A model generated the notes under the pieces. That model did not search any database, was not told the DNA's origin, and worked only from the letters and a program-made list of their open reading frames with translations. DNA of 46,533 nt from Chloracidobacterium sp. GTDB taxonomy: Bacteria; Acidobacteriota; Blastocatellia; Pyrinomonadales; Pyrinomonadaceae. A program made the translations under genes and the position numbers. Shown piece by piece: positions 46,456 through 46,533 of the stretch. The number at the start of each line of letters is the position of its first letter. Position 1 is the first letter of the stretch. Location: NCBI GenBank assembly GCA_043773225.1, contig JAYVFJ010000146.1, forward strand, positions 1 through 46,533, read 5' to 3'.

Positions 46456-46488
46456 GTCAGAACCGGGAGCGATAGCGACTGGGTTGAT

Positions 46489-46533
46489 ATGGAAAATAAT
46501 CAACACGTTTTAGAGGAATTCGGCAAACGCATC
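46489..46533 (+). CDS. Start of an unidentified ORF running off the right edge
   Basis: ATG at 46489 gives MENNQHVLEEFGKRI. Only 15 codons are visible. Confidence 0.25.
   Translation, partial: MENNQHVLEEFGKRI

Overview
This 46.5-kb chromosomal window comes from a diderm bacterium. Gene content and style suggest Acidobacteriota-like, but that is only an impression. Coding density is high and most genes are housekeeping or envelope functions. All family calls rest on motifs I read in the translations; no database search was run.

Genes, left to right:
- A TetR-regulated tripartite RND efflux operon (tetR, MFP, RND, TolC-like), followed by a CPBP protease.
- A membrane-anchored 2x[4Fe-4S]/flavoprotein and a TPR protein.
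- A Cys-less asparagine-synthase homologue, divergent from a TPR-GAF sigma-54 activator.
- A NifS-like desulfurase.
- A same-strand run of FHA-GAF-adenylate cyclase, an MreB paralogue, cdaA and cdaR.
- An esterase, a RibD_C reductase and a fused E1 alpha/beta dehydrogenase.
- A hicBA pair followed by a frameshifted HigA-like gene.
- A serine beta-lactamase-fold hydrolase and an OsmC protein.
- A small accessory islet at about 31.2-36.5 kb containing gene remnants and a DUF433/DUF5615 pair.
- A YARHG-repeat protein, a HEAT-cyclophilin protein and a DUF4112 protein.
- bamA, skp, fabZ and lpxA.

I found no recognisable defence system, CRISPR array, tRNA, rRNA, transposase or integrase.

The signals least explained by the genes are non-coding:
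1. A 765-bp ORF-free convergent gap (33946-34710) is packed with hairpins. It includes a 190-nt symmetric multi-hairpin element and a terminator-like segment with mutually exclusive pairings.
2. Several intergenic regions carry long imperfect hairpins whose arms are built from tandem 7-9-mers.
3. A 76-bp REP-like palindromic element is present twice.

Functions for all three are unproven.
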